A stretch of 32,000 nt of DNA from Candidatus Babelota bacterium (GTDB taxonomy: Bacteria > Babelota > Babeliae > Babelales > Vermiphilaceae): assembly GCA_039809905.1 (NCBI GenBank), contig JBDHVY010000001.1, positions 120,001-152,000 of the forward strand, written 5' to 3'. The notes below the pieces were generated by a model. It was not told the DNA's origin and did no database searches. It worked only from the letters and a program-made list of their open reading frames with translations. The position numbers were made by a program, and so were the translations under genes. Every line of letters begins with the position of its first letter. The stretch's first letter is position 1. Positions 9,500 through 19,755 of the stretch are shown here, piece by piece.

Positions 9500-9725
9500 G
9501 GGGTTTTCCTTTTTTTGTTTAAAACACTTTTTATTTTGATAGCTTTATCAAGGTTAACAGTATAGAAAAAAAAAATACAAGAGACGAGAGTTTTAAAAAA
9601 AGATAAGCTTTGTGGTCAATTAAAAACATGGCCGTGCCAACTGTCCTTCGACAAGCCAGTATGAGCGGTTGCTTTCTTCTTATGGGTGCCCGACCGTAGC
9701 ATTAGCGAAGGTTGGGCTAAAAGTT

Positions 9726-9800
9726 TGGTGCCGGGGGTCGGAATTGAACCAACGACGCGAAGCTCTTCAGGCTTCCGCTCTACCACTGAGCTACCCCGGC
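9726..9800 (-). tRNA. tRNA-Phe (GAA), CCA encoded
   Basis: Reverse complement GCCGGGGTAGCTCAGTGGTAGAGCGGAAGCCTGAAGAGCTTCGCGTCGTTGGTTCAATTCCGACCCCCGGCACCA; 7-bp acceptor stem, anticodon loop CTGAAGA, TTC arm GGTTCAATTCC. Confidence 0.95.
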
Positions 9801-9896
9801 AATGAAAAGAGTTTTCAATTTTCAGAAGTGTAACATGAGAATATATACACTGTATGGTACCTGTTTATAGATTTTTGTCAATAAAAATGCATATTT

Positions 9897-10727
9897 TTAT
9901 TGGCTACAACATAATGGCTTTGCTCTTCCCGCTTCCATTGCCTCAGGAACTGGAATCAAATCACCCGTAATAACATCAAAAATAAAGCCATAAACCGGAA
10001 TATTTGAAGGAATAAGAGGATGATTTCTTATTTTTTTGACATCCTCAAGAACGGATTCAAATAATCCATTATTAATCGTTAACCAGTCAATAGGATCATA
10101 ATCAATATTTTCTTTTTTACCGCAACAGGTTCCCGCACTTTGCCATTGACACGAAGAATTTTTCTCTAGAACATCAAGCGTTACATTGCAATTTTTAACT
10201 AAAGTAGCCTTCAATGAGTTTTCTTGTAATAATTCTCCCATAACTTCTGGCGTAAATTTTTGCATACCACAATCAGTATGTTGGATCAAAAATATTTCTT
10301 CTACGCCCAACAATTTATAGAGAATAACCAATGATCTAATCCAATCATCGTTAACTCGTGCTCCCGCATTACGCATTATATAGGTACCTTTGGCAACCGC
10401 AGCTAAAAAACCGTTAAGGCGATGATCCATACAAGTTACAATAGCTGCTCTTGTTGGCGCAATCATATCTGGCTGGGGAACATAGGTACGCTCAAAAATC
10501 TTATCTGCTGCTATGATAGCCGCGCAAAGAGGACTATTATTTAAATTGGGAACATTTTCATGCGCATTGCCCGATTCTAGTCCATGGTCTTTTTTGCAGT
10601 TACACTCTTTGCTCATCTTCTTTTCCACCACTATTTTTTTACTATTTATTTTTGCTATCACCTGTTTGGCCAGAAATGGTATTATAAGGCAAAATACAAG
10701 TAAAATACAGAATGATTCTCTTTTCAT
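9897..10727 (-). CDS. Beta-class carbonic anhydrase, predicted exported
   Basis: Zinc-site motifs CMDHR and HTDCG, plus MRNAGARV; N-terminal signal MKRESFCILLVFCLIIPFLAKQVIA. The start was taken at the internal Met, not the 10781 start in the ORF track. Confidence 0.85.
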   Translation of the reverse strand: MKRESFCILLVFCLIIPFLAKQVIAKINSKKIVVEKKMSKECNCKKDHGLESGNAHENVPNLNNSPLCAAIIAADKIFERTYVPQPDMIAPTRAAIVTCMDHRLNGFLAAVAKGTYIMRNAGARVNDDWIRSLVILYKLLGVEEIFLIQHTDCGMQKFTPEVMGELLQENSLKATLVKNCNVTLDVLEKNSSCQWQSAGTCCGKKENIDYDPIDWLTINNGLFESVLEDVKKIRNHPLIPSNIPVYGFIFDVITGDLIPVPEAMEAGRAKPLCCSQ

Positions 10728-10887
10728 AGCAAGTTCCCCTATAATTATACGATTAGTATTATCCCGACAAAGAATATGCAAAACAGATATGAAAACACAA
10801 GGTTGATAGCCTCAAATTGCCAACAGAGCTATTCTTTGCTATCTTTACAACTATCCTAGTTCTCTGAAAAACAAACCGGAAATAGAT

Positions 10888-11925
10888 ATGAAAAGCCTCT
10901 CACAATCAATTGATATCACCAAACAAGAACTTATATCCGCGCTTACAGCAATTACTGATGAAAATGCTCTTGAATCAGTACGCGTTGCTTTTTTGGGCAG
11001 AAAAGGCAAAATTGCTGACCTCATGGAACAACTTAAAAATCTATCCATTGAAGAAAAAAAAATAGTTGGCCCTCTACTTAATCAACTCAAAACATTCGCG
11101 CAGGAACAGATCGATCAACATGCAAGCCAATTACAACAGGAAAAATCTCACCATATAAAAGCTCTTCAAAAAGACTTTGATGTTTCTGCCTATACATATA
11201 ACGAACTTAAAGGAACATCTCATATTTATACGCGAATTATTAATGATCTAGAAGATATCTTTATATCTATGGGATATGATATTGCCGATGGACCTGAAAT
11301 AGAAAATGAATATTACAATTTTGAATCTCTCAATATTGCCGCTGATCATCCTGCTCGAGAAGCAGAAGATTCATTTTTTTTACATCAAAAAGGAATGCTT
11401 TTGCGTACGCAATGCTCTACCATCCAGGCACGCATGATGGAGAACAGTATTCCACCTATAGCAATATTTTCTCCCGGTCGAGTTTATCGTAAAGAAGCAA
11501 CAGACCAAACACATGATTTCTTATTTACGCAGGCAGAAATACTTTTAGTTGATAAAAATATTTCGGTAAGTAACTTACTTGCAACTGCACATAGCTTTTT
11601 ACGTAAAATTTTTGATAATGAAGCGTTAGAAATTCGCGTACGCCCTGGATTTTTCCCGTTTGTTGAACCGGGATTAGAAATTGATGCTTCTTGCACCTTT
11701 TGTTCGCAAAAGGGATGTTCCGTATGCAAATATACTGGCTGGATAGAATTACTGGGAACAGGGATGGTACATCCAAATGTATTGCGTACTAGTGGCATTG
11801 ATCCCACTATTTATTCTGGGTTTGCCTTTGGTATGGGAATTGAGCGAATTGCAATGATAAAATATGGAATCTATGATATACGCTTGTTTCACTCAAGTAA
11901 AATAAAATTCCTTGATCAATTTTAA
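10888..11925 (+). CDS. pheS: Phenylalanine--tRNA ligase alpha subunit
   Basis: FLGRKGKIADLM, HPAREAEDSFF, LLRTQCSTIQARMM, RVYRKEATDQTHDFLFTQAE, RPGFFPFVEPGLEID, GFAFGMGIERIAMIKYGIYDIR. Confidence 0.95.
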   Translation: MKSLSQSIDITKQELISALTAITDENALESVRVAFLGRKGKIADLMEQLKNLSIEEKKIVGPLLNQLKTFAQEQIDQHASQLQQEKSHHIKALQKDFDVSAYTYNELKGTSHIYTRIINDLEDIFISMGYDIADGPEIENEYYNFESLNIAADHPAREAEDSFFLHQKGMLLRTQCSTIQARMMENSIPPIAIFSPGRVYRKEATDQTHDFLFTQAEILLVDKNISVSNLLATAHSFLRKIFDNEALEIRVRPGFFPFVEPGLEIDASCTFCSQKGCSVCKYTGWIELLGTGMVHPNVLRTSGIDPTIYSGFAFGMGIERIAMIKYGIYDIRLFHSSKIKFLDQF

Positions 11926-12031
11926 AGCATCATGCTAAAATTCAAACATAAAAAAGGGGGTTATTATGTTTGGTACTATTTTGGCCTATGCACTTTTAGT
12001 AATTTATATACCTGAAATTATGAGTTCACCT

Positions 12032-12907
12032 ATGAAAATAACTAAAGCTGTTATTCCTGCTGCAGGTCTTGGCACACGGTTTTTGCCTTATACAAAAGCA
12101 GTCCCCAAAGAGATGTTGCCAATTTTAGAAAAACCATCAATTCAATTAATTGTAGAAGAAGGTCTTAAATCAGGTATCACTCAATTCACTATTATCGCCA
12201 ATGATGATAAGCCTGAATTGTACAATCACTTTTCTCACCTGCCACAATTAGAAAATCTGCTTGAAAGCAGAGGTAAATCAGCCCTTTTAGATAACATTAA
12301 TGCCATTATTGATACTGCACAATTTAGTTTTATCCCACAACCAGTACCATTGGGATTAGGCCATGCCGTTTTACAAGCAAAAGAGACCGTTGGCAATGAA
12401 TATTTTGGTATCTTTTTGCCTGATGAAATTATGATCAGCAACGTTGCTGCACTTGCACAACTTATTGCCGTTGCAGAAAAATATAATGCTTCTGTCATTG
12501 GTGTCCAAAAAGTACCTCGTGAAAAAGTTTCATCTTATGGCATTATTGCAATCAAAGAACAATTAGAAGATGGCATCTTTGATATTGATTACTTAGTTGA
12601 AAAACCATCGATTGATCAAGCACCATCGGATTACGCTCTTGCAGGGCGCTATGTACTATCTCCTGATGTTTTTGCAGCATTAGAAATCACACAGCCTGGC
12701 GCTGGCAATGAAATTCAACTCACCGATGGTATTGCACACATGATGAATAATGGCGAACGGGTTATTGCATGCGTTTTAAACACATCTCGATATGATGTAG
12801 GCAACCCTCTAGGATGGATCCAAGCAAATATCGAAATTGCCTTTAATCATCCAACATTTGGACCAATTGTAAAAAGCTTCTGCCAAAAACTATTGGAACA
12901 AAAATAA
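12032..12907 (+). CDS. galU: UTP--glucose-1-phosphate uridylyltransferase
   Basis: MKITKAVIPAAGLGTRFLPYTKAVPKEMLPILEKPSIQLIVEE and GLGHAVLQAKETVGNEYFGIFLPDE; start taken at internal Met 12032 (ORF opens at 11966). Confidence 0.93.
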   Translation: MKITKAVIPAAGLGTRFLPYTKAVPKEMLPILEKPSIQLIVEEGLKSGITQFTIIANDDKPELYNHFSHLPQLENLLESRGKSALLDNINAIIDTAQFSFIPQPVPLGLGHAVLQAKETVGNEYFGIFLPDEIMISNVAALAQLIAVAEKYNASVIGVQKVPREKVSSYGIIAIKEQLEDGIFDIDYLVEKPSIDQAPSDYALAGRYVLSPDVFAALEITQPGAGNEIQLTDGIAHMMNNGERVIACVLNTSRYDVGNPLGWIQANIEIAFNHPTFGPIVKSFCQKLLEQK

Positions 12908-12910
12908 ATC

Positions 12911-14083
12911 TCAGAATGTTTGAGGAACATGAGACTTTAATAATAGTTTTACAAGTTTTCTATCATTACCAACTTCGTCATACTTCCATAAGTAATTAAC
13001 ATAATCAATTGGCTTTTTATTTTTTTTATTTTTCTTTTCGATATCGATAGTCCCAACTTTGAGTAATCTCTGAATAGTTTTTACATGCAAATGTTTGCAC
13101 GCATAATGTAAAACAGTCATACCCTTATCATCAGCTATATTTACATCTGCTCCGAGTCTAATGAGAGCATCCAGCATTTCTTGAGGATCACTACAACGAC
13201 CTTTGAAAAATAAATCAGACTGACAACCACATTTATAATTAAGAAGATGCAATACTGTTTTACCAGATGTAGATCGTACATTAACATCTAAATATCCATT
13301 CGTAATAAGTCCTTGCATTAGAGTAAATTTATTAAAATAAAACAAATAATCAATCATTTCTGCTTGATATTGAGCAAAATATTTGCCTGCCAACAAAACT
13401 AATTCTTGTTCTTTATAAGCATTTCTACATAACAAATAAAGCAACTCTTTATCGTTCTTGTGAGGAAATAATCCAGAAATATTTATGCCTTGATCATGCA
13501 AATGTGATAATTCAGCGCATCCATGTTTCAATCTGATTTTTAAATCATTTATCTCTTGGTAATTTTTTCTTACTTGTTTGTCTGATGCATCTTGCCTTAT
13601 TTTTAATATCTCTTTTTCTTCTTTATCTTTTTGTTTTATTATCGCTTGGTTTTTACGCTCTTTGGCTTTTCTTATAGCCTCATATTCTTTCGCATAAATA
13701 TGCATATAATTATTTATCGAAAGTTCAGTCAAATTGTATGGAGAAAAATCAAATACCTCTTTTTTCCTTTGTTCTGCATGAAAAGACCATAAAAAACTAA
13801 AAACAGGAAATTTATTTTGTTGAGCAAAATAAATGAGACCTTTAGTACATCTATTATAGCCACGAGCAATATCAGTAAAACAAATACTTCCTGGAGCAAT
13901 ACGTTGATATACATTAACAAAAGAACATGTTTGCAATTTTTTAGATACACTTGAGAAACGACCTATAGATTGTAAATCCAGATCCATACTTAGAACTATT
14001 TCCTTTTCCATACAATAATTCGAGATGCAAAAAAACAGAGCAATTTTAGCAAAAAAAATATTTTTAAAATGATAGTGCTTCAT
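12911..14083 (-). CDS. Secreted ankyrin-repeat protein with F-box-like N-terminus
   Basis: Signal-like N-terminus; F-box-like DLDLQSIGRFSSVSKKLQ; ankyrin repeats LIRLGADVNIADDKGMTVLHYACKHLHVKTIQRLL. Confidence 0.85.
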   Translation of the reverse strand: MKHYHFKNIFFAKIALFFCISNYCMEKEIVLSMDLDLQSIGRFSSVSKKLQTCSFVNVYQRIAPGSICFTDIARGYNRCTKGLIYFAQQNKFPVFSFLWSFHAEQRKKEVFDFSPYNLTELSINNYMHIYAKEYEAIRKAKERKNQAIIKQKDKEEKEILKIRQDASDKQVRKNYQEINDLKIRLKHGCAELSHLHDQGINISGLFPHKNDKELLYLLCRNAYKEQELVLLAGKYFAQYQAEMIDYLFYFNKFTLMQGLITNGYLDVNVRSTSGKTVLHLLNYKCGCQSDLFFKGRCSDPQEMLDALIRLGADVNIADDKGMTVLHYACKHLHVKTIQRLLKVGTIDIEKKNKKNKKPIDYVNYLWKYDEVGNDRKLVKLLLKSHVPQTF

Positions 14084-14105
14084 TATCTTACAGCCTTTAT
14101 GGTTG

Positions 14106-15209
14106 TTATTTTAAAGTTTTATATTTTTTTCCAGAATTTCGTTGTGCATTGCTATTATCACGTTGTTGAGCATGTTGTTTGAGCATATTGCGAATTAATA
14201 TAATTCGATTTTTTTCTTCTGAACTATACATTTGAGATAACATTCTTCTTTTTGAAACATAAAAGCTTGCTTTTTTCTTCCTCATATTGCGCGCTTTGGT
14301 ATTGATATCAGGATGAGTAAGTAATTCAATTACCGAATCACAATAGTGCCGTTCTACTGCATAATGCAATGGCGTCTCTAGTTTTTTATTGCGGACATTC
14401 ACATATATTCCCTTTTTTAACAATACTGGAATAATATCACCACGCTCAAAAGCAACTGCTGAATGAAGCAATGTATTATTAAATTTATCAACAATGTTGA
14501 TGTCTAATATTCCTACATCAATCAATCTTTCAATTAAACAAGGAGATATATCAGGCATCATAAAGACTATATCCTCAATAGAGATAACCCCAAAGCATAC
14601 ATCATTGACAAATGATAGCTTATTGTCTTGAGATGCCTTGTGCATTATTGTTTTTAATTCTGGCAAAAAAGATGATCCTATTATATCTACATTACTACCA
14701 GACAAAATAATCCCTAAATCTTTATCATTTTTAATATGCAACAACCATGAGACATGAGAAATAATATCCTGTTTAATCCTTTCCGGCGTATCATAAAATC
14801 GACGATATTCAACCATATGTTCTGCCAGTGTTCCTTTGTCTGGGTCTCTGTGACGAGCATGGAGCTGCCATAAGTAAGCAAACATTCTTTCATCTTTAAT
14901 ACATGCATAATGTCCCAACGCTTTACTGCATGCATAATAATTAGCAGCTAATCGCTGACATCCATAGGTTGTATGGCACCTTTTAGAACAAGATAAGCAC
15001 ATATTTTCTGTATCATATAATGTATTACAACTGGTAGAACATTGCTTCAAGCGTCCAATACATTGATAAGAAATAAGTGGCTGTATTTCTCTCTGTATAA
15101 TATCAGAAGATAACAATATCATTGCACACCTATTTTCCTGATAATTCATAGCATGAATAGATAGGCCGTAAAGCAATAATAAATATATATATCGCACGTA
15201 ACAATTCAT
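14106..15209 (-). CDS. Secreted ankyrin-repeat protein with F-box-like N-terminus
   Basis: LISYQCIGRLKQCSTSCNTLYD; ankyrin repeats LLHSAVAFERGDIIPVLLKKGIYVNVRNKKLETPLHYAVE. Confidence 0.85.
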   Translation of the reverse strand: MNCYVRYIYLLLLYGLSIHAMNYQENRCAMILLSSDIIQREIQPLISYQCIGRLKQCSTSCNTLYDTENMCLSCSKRCHTTYGCQRLAANYYACSKALGHYACIKDERMFAYLWQLHARHRDPDKGTLAEHMVEYRRFYDTPERIKQDIISHVSWLLHIKNDKDLGIILSGSNVDIIGSSFLPELKTIMHKASQDNKLSFVNDVCFGVISIEDIVFMMPDISPCLIERLIDVGILDINIVDKFNNTLLHSAVAFERGDIIPVLLKKGIYVNVRNKKLETPLHYAVERHYCDSVIELLTHPDINTKARNMRKKKASFYVSKRRMLSQMYSSEEKNRIILIRNMLKQHAQQRDNSNAQRNSGKKYKTLK

Positions 15210-15302
15210 GATGCAGAGCTCACTCTTGTTTTATTTTATTAAAAAGTTATACACTCAGACTACACGGCTTCTCTATTATAGGGTCAAAAAACTGGGATTG
15301 CT

Positions 15303-16214
15303 ATGAATTTGGCACAGAAAATAACCTATTTTTTTTTAATAAGTGGCAGTATTGTTCTCTGCAATGAAATCCCAACAAAAATGAGCTATACGCAGCGCCG
15401 CAGCAAATTTGCTCGTGAAAAAAAAGAAAAACTTGCACAAAACCGCGCAGCTCGTAATCACCGCCCTTGGTTCCGTAACCGACCACCACATAAACACCGC
15501 ATAACTCATATGTTGGGAGAATTTGCCGAAGATGTGATAAAAATTAATTTAGGTCTTTTTTCATGGGATTCTCTAAAAGTTTTTGTCATCACCGCACCAT
15601 TTTTTGCAGGAGCACGTATGATTGATGAAAAATTACACAACTGTTTTTTTGATCATAAAAATAAAAAAAACAGGAATGAACCTGCTCAATGGTGCAAAGA
15701 AGTTGCGCGCTTGAGCATAGGTATTCCTATTGCTCTTTTAGGAACTCAAGCTTTTTTTAGCCGAGATGATGATATGCAAACGACGAGCCAGGTTTTTTTG
15801 ACCGGTATGCCATTTGTATTACTCGCAAAAGATATTTTTAAGGAACAGCTCAATTTTGATCTCTGTAAACGCCCATATCACCAAGTTTTTGCCAAAGAAC
15901 AACGTAAATTTGGCGGGTTTCCTTCAGGTCACCTCGCTGAAGCTACCTATATGGCAGTACTTTATGGCATGCGCTTTGGACCTAACTATGCAATACCTCT
16001 TGGTACCGTTGCAACTTTCGTTACCATTGTATTTTTATCAAGCAATCGCCATTATCTCTCTCAAATGATTGCAGGAGCTGGATTTGGTGCTATGTATGCC
16101 CTATCTGCAAACAGATTGATAGATTCAAAATTAGCAAAAAAACATGATTTAAAAATCGGTTTATCTGCAGGAGATCATGGAGAACCAGTCATGAAATTAT
16201 CGATGAAGTTTTAG
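15303..16214 (+). CDS. PAP2/phosphatidic acid phosphatase-like protein, predicted membrane/exported
   Basis: PAP2 C2 motif FGGFPSGH followed by a hydrophobic helix and NRHYLSQMIAGAGFG; hydrophobic N-terminal segment. Confidence 0.7.
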   Translation: MNLAQKITYFFLISGSIVLCNEIPTKMSYTQRRSKFAREKKEKLAQNRAARNHRPWFRNRPPHKHRITHMLGEFAEDVIKINLGLFSWDSLKVFVITAPFFAGARMIDEKLHNCFFDHKNKKNRNEPAQWCKEVARLSIGIPIALLGTQAFFSRDDDMQTTSQVFLTGMPFVLLAKDIFKEQLNFDLCKRPYHQVFAKEQRKFGGFPSGHLAEATYMAVLYGMRFGPNYAIPLGTVATFVTIVFLSSNRHYLSQMIAGAGFGAMYALSANRLIDSKLAKKHDLKIGLSAGDHGEPVMKLSMKF

Positions 16215-17061
16215 TCTGAAACTGGTTATTTTTTTCTACAAGATGTTCTAATAAGAATTTTGCTAATTCTTCATTTTCAAATTTATCACGAACAATTTCA
16301 AGCGCCGTTAAACCTTTTTTTCCTATTTTGGTATCAATTCCACGCTCAGGAACTGAGAGATAATTGAGCAGAATAGGACCATTTCCAAGAAAACATAATG
16401 ATTTAAGAAAATCGTTTTCATAGTTTGTGAATTGCAAATATTGATTGAGCACTACTCGTACTCGTTTATTATTACCATTTAATATCGCAACCCATGCATC
16501 TTGATAAGCAGCTTGATTATCATGCTCTTGCTTAATCTGTACGGGTAATTCTCCATAATAAAAAGCGATTCTACGTTCATCATTTAATTCCAGTATAGAA
16601 CCCTCAAACAATGTATCATAATCATAAGGTACTTTATGATCCATTCCATAAATCATATTAAAGTTTTTTTTGATCCTAGCATCAATCAACTTAGAATGAG
16701 TATTTACTACGCGCAACAATATTTTCGAAAGTTTTTCTACTTCGCCATTATATTTTTGAGAAAATATATGTTCTACCGGTGATACCATTGGAGCATGAAA
16801 ATACAAAAAATTTTCAACTGATTCAAAATCAGCATAGCAAGGATTGCTCATAATAAGGGGAATATCTGTTGTTTTATTAAAATCATGACTCGTTCTTTTA
16901 AGTCTCGATAAAGATACACTATTCAAACGCAAATCAATTTCAGTTTTGGCATCTTTTGGTAATAACGCTAAATGGTTTTGATCTTGCACTTGAAGCATTC
17001 CTGATACAGAATAAAAAATAGACAACACACAACAAAACAACCATTTTGTATAATTTCTCAT
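16189..17061 (-). CDS. Secreted protein with degenerate F-box-like N-terminus and ankyrin-like C-terminus
   Basis: Signal-like MRNYTKWLFCCVLSIFYSVSG; paralogous to 19844..20680 (ELNDERRIAFYYGELPVQIKQE vs ELTENDRIAFYFGKLPGQIKLD; LNYLSVPERGIDT vs LDYLSIPKRGIDY). Confidence 0.8.
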   Translation of the reverse strand: MRNYTKWLFCCVLSIFYSVSGMLQVQDQNHLALLPKDAKTEIDLRLNSVSLSRLKRTSHDFNKTTDIPLIMSNPCYADFESVENFLYFHAPMVSPVEHIFSQKYNGEVEKLSKILLRVVNTHSKLIDARIKKNFNMIYGMDHKVPYDYDTLFEGSILELNDERRIAFYYGELPVQIKQEHDNQAAYQDAWVAILNGNNKRVRVVLNQYLQFTNYENDFLKSLCFLGNGPILLNYLSVPERGIDTKIGKKGLTALEIVRDKFENEELAKFLLEHLVEKNNQFQTKTSSIIS

Positions 17062-17107
17062 TGATACATATCCTTGCAATAACTTATTTTTATAACGATT
17101 ATTTTAT

Positions 17108-17243
17108 TTTACATTAATTTCTATTGAAAACAACGCTTACATTGTCTTGCATCATCAATAAAATCAGTAATACTAAAAAATATGTATCTTAATTAAAAAA
17201 GGATCTGTATGAAAAAAATATTATCCACGCAATAAAAATGAGT
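17108..17243 (+). pseudogene. Remnant of the MIOX upstream region, start codon and an internal MIOX fragment
   Basis: CTTGCATCA...AATACTAAAA...AAAAAAGGATCTGTATGAAAAAAA matches the region just upstream of 20828; AAAAAATATTATCCACGCAATAAAAA matches inside the MIOX gene near 21011-21036. Confidence 0.75.
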
Positions 17244-17255
17244 AAAAAAACATGA

Positions 17256-17321
17256 ATGCAGCTTAGATTGAGTGTTGGTGATCACGGAGAATTAGTCATG
17301 AAATTATCAATGAAGTTTTAA
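17256..17321 (+). pseudogene. Orphan 21-codon copy of the PAP2 C-terminal tail (MQLRLSVGDHGELVMKLSMKF*)
   Basis: Nearly identical to the 3' end of 15303..16214 (...LKIGLSAGDHGEPVMKLSMKF*). Confidence 0.7.
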
Positions 17322-17350
17322 AAAATCATTAAGCAATATCATAATTTTAA

Positions 17351-19642
17351 TCAGAAGGACCATCTCACAGCTAATTTTTCATGCAATTTTACCGCAAGAA
17401 AACAAACCATTGCAGCAGAAAAAGTCATCATTCCAATTTTTCTTAGGGAAATAAAATGCGATATATTTGCCATCTTATCAACTGAATTTATTGTTGGCAC
17501 ATCTGGTTCATTACTCAATAAATTTGTTTTTGATTGAGACATTTTTTTTGTAATCCCATCCAAAACTTTGTTGAATCCTGAATTTTTCGATATTATTTTA
17601 GTCATTACATCCGACAAACAAAAAAATGGATTTTGTGCTTTAATATATTCCTTGGCTAATTCAATATCCGCTCCAGCCTTTATCAAATTTTCTGCAATGT
17701 CAGGAAAAATTGTATTCCGTAAGAATACTTGACCAAGAGGTGTAATATCATAATCACAAAATTTATAAACAATGTTGGGATCTGCTCCATAAGCTAACAA
17801 AATCTCTGTTGCTGTTCCAAATTCACCATCAATCGCATAAACAAGTGCGGATTTTCCATCTTTATTCTTAGCATTGATATTAATGCCTTTTTTGATGAGC
17901 TTTTCTACTATGAGAGATTTATTAGAAATGTACCAATATATATGATGCAAAATAGTGTTGCCTTTATCATCAACAGTGTCTATCTTTGCATCTGAATCAA
18001 TCAGCAAATATATTAATTTCTTTTTTGATAACAAATGATTACTCAATATTCTGGGCACTAATGTTGATATATCAACATTATGCCCGAATTGACCCTTATC
18101 TAAAAGTAATTTCATTACCCGATCTAATTTTCCATCACCATCAGTTTGCTCAGCTATAGTTTCTACAGCCAAATTTCCATTATTATCGCGAATATTTACG
18201 TCAATATTTAATTGGAGTAATGTTTCTATTGCTTCAGTGCGCAACAACCTACATGCTACATGAAGAACAGTTTCTCCTCTTTCATTCTTAATACTTGGAT
18301 CAACTCCTCTTGAAAACATTTTCTTTATCACACTAGATTTTGGATTATTAAATTTTCTTACATAATAATGCAAAATAGTTTCACCATCATGATACATTGC
18401 ATCTACTTTAATTCCGCTATCAAGAAACATTTCTATAATTTTATCTAGATCATCATCTCTACTTCCTTGAAAAAATCTGCTTTTGCGAAGAACTACACTT
18501 AAAAGATCTTTTTGTTTATATTGTTCATTCTCACTAACAAGATTCACTTCTGCCCCTTTATCTAACAAAAAGCGTACAAGCGAAGCTTCAGGATATTTAA
18601 GAGCAAAATATAGTAAAGATGCTCCATCTTTATCCACCGCATTTATATCATTAAAAAATAAATTTTCTAATATTTCATAAATGAGATCTTTACCAAATAA
18701 ATTTGGCATATCCCAATAATCCAATGATCTCTCCCACAAACAAAATCTATAATCTCTGATAAGATCTTTATATTTTTTAATCAAATTAATAGTTAATTCT
18801 TTTCTACCAGAAGACATTGCCTTAGCAACAATCTTATATATATATTCAGAAAAATTGTATTTTTTTTGGCTTTTGTACAATGCTTGAACATTTTTGATAT
18901 CATTCAAAAAAACTCCAATTGCCAACACATCATCCTCATCGAATGTTTGATGAGAAAGCAACATTGTTTTTATACCAATCCTATTTTTATCTTTCAAAAA
19001 CTTTTTTAACTTTTGAGAGTTGCAATTTTGAATATCTTTCTTACTAGTACAATTTCCGGCATACACACCTAAACAATCATCTAAGGTAGGATCTGAAATC
19101 CCGATAACCTGTGCTACTCCATCTATTCTTTCACATGCGTGATGTTGCCACAAATGCTCAAACATAATCTTATTAGTATCGTTTTTTTCCTTTTTATATC
19201 TTATTGCATGAAAGGCCAAAATCTTGGTACATGCATCAAAATCATTTTTAAAAATAGAACATCCAAAAGAGCTACACAGGCTATTCTGAGGCTCTTTACA
19301 AACTATAATATCACGATAACAGTCGTTATAATGATGACATGTTCTACCAAAACGACCTATTGATTGGTAATCAAAAAAATGAATCATCATATTTCCTGCT
19401 ATATCTTTTGGAAGCGGAATAACAACAGCACCTAATGATATGATCTTCTTTTCTTGAGATTTAGTTTGAGTTTTGTCTTGTTGCTCCATCAGATATCCGG
19501 CTTTCCAAAAAAGACAAACTTGTTTTTTTGACTCCATTCCACATGAATACATAAAAGAAAATAAAAAAACCAAGACACTGAGAGTTTGCTTGCTCATAAT
19601 TACATGATTTCGTAGAAAAAACTTATATATTTTATCGAACAT
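17351..19642 (-). CDS. Large secreted ankyrin-repeat protein with F-box-like N-terminus (763 aa)
   Basis: LPKDIAGNMMIHFFDYQSIGRFGRTCHHYND; many ankyrin repeats (DKDGASLLYFALKYPEASLVRFLLDKGAEVN; NERGETVLHVACRLLRTEAIETLLQLNIDVNIRDNNGN). Confidence 0.92.
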   Translation of the reverse strand: MFDKIYKFFLRNHVIMSKQTLSVLVFLFSFMYSCGMESKKQVCLFWKAGYLMEQQDKTQTKSQEKKIISLGAVVIPLPKDIAGNMMIHFFDYQSIGRFGRTCHHYNDCYRDIIVCKEPQNSLCSSFGCSIFKNDFDACTKILAFHAIRYKKEKNDTNKIMFEHLWQHHACERIDGVAQVIGISDPTLDDCLGVYAGNCTSKKDIQNCNSQKLKKFLKDKNRIGIKTMLLSHQTFDEDDVLAIGVFLNDIKNVQALYKSQKKYNFSEYIYKIVAKAMSSGRKELTINLIKKYKDLIRDYRFCLWERSLDYWDMPNLFGKDLIYEILENLFFNDINAVDKDGASLLYFALKYPEASLVRFLLDKGAEVNLVSENEQYKQKDLLSVVLRKSRFFQGSRDDDLDKIIEMFLDSGIKVDAMYHDGETILHYYVRKFNNPKSSVIKKMFSRGVDPSIKNERGETVLHVACRLLRTEAIETLLQLNIDVNIRDNNGNLAVETIAEQTDGDGKLDRVMKLLLDKGQFGHNVDISTLVPRILSNHLLSKKKLIYLLIDSDAKIDTVDDKGNTILHHIYWYISNKSLIVEKLIKKGININAKNKDGKSALVYAIDGEFGTATEILLAYGADPNIVYKFCDYDITPLGQVFLRNTIFPDIAENLIKAGADIELAKEYIKAQNPFFCLSDVMTKIISKNSGFNKVLDGITKKMSQSKTNLLSNEPDVPTINSVDKMANISHFISLRKIGMMTFSAAMVCFLAVKLHEKLAVRWSF

Positions 19643-19755
19643 AAATATATCTTAATTGCAGATAAACAAAATAAATAAATAGTCATCGTTACTTCTTTTT
19701 TTCTTTGCATACTGAAAACAGGTTAATTGATTCCACATTAACAAAAAAACAGGAA

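Noticed and set aside
9141-9539. 132-aa + ORF overlapping the small secreted minus-strand gene
   Set aside because: The opposite strand has a clean signal peptide and start; this frame lacks domain evidence. Uncertain but less likely.
11484-11807. Minus-strand ORFs inside pheS (11484-11807, 11525-11776)
   Set aside because: Antisense to strongly conserved pheS.
18483-19363. + strand ORFs inside the 763-aa ankyrin gene (18483-18680, 19139-19363)
   Set aside because: The opposite strand encodes clear ankyrin repeats; these frames show no independent support.
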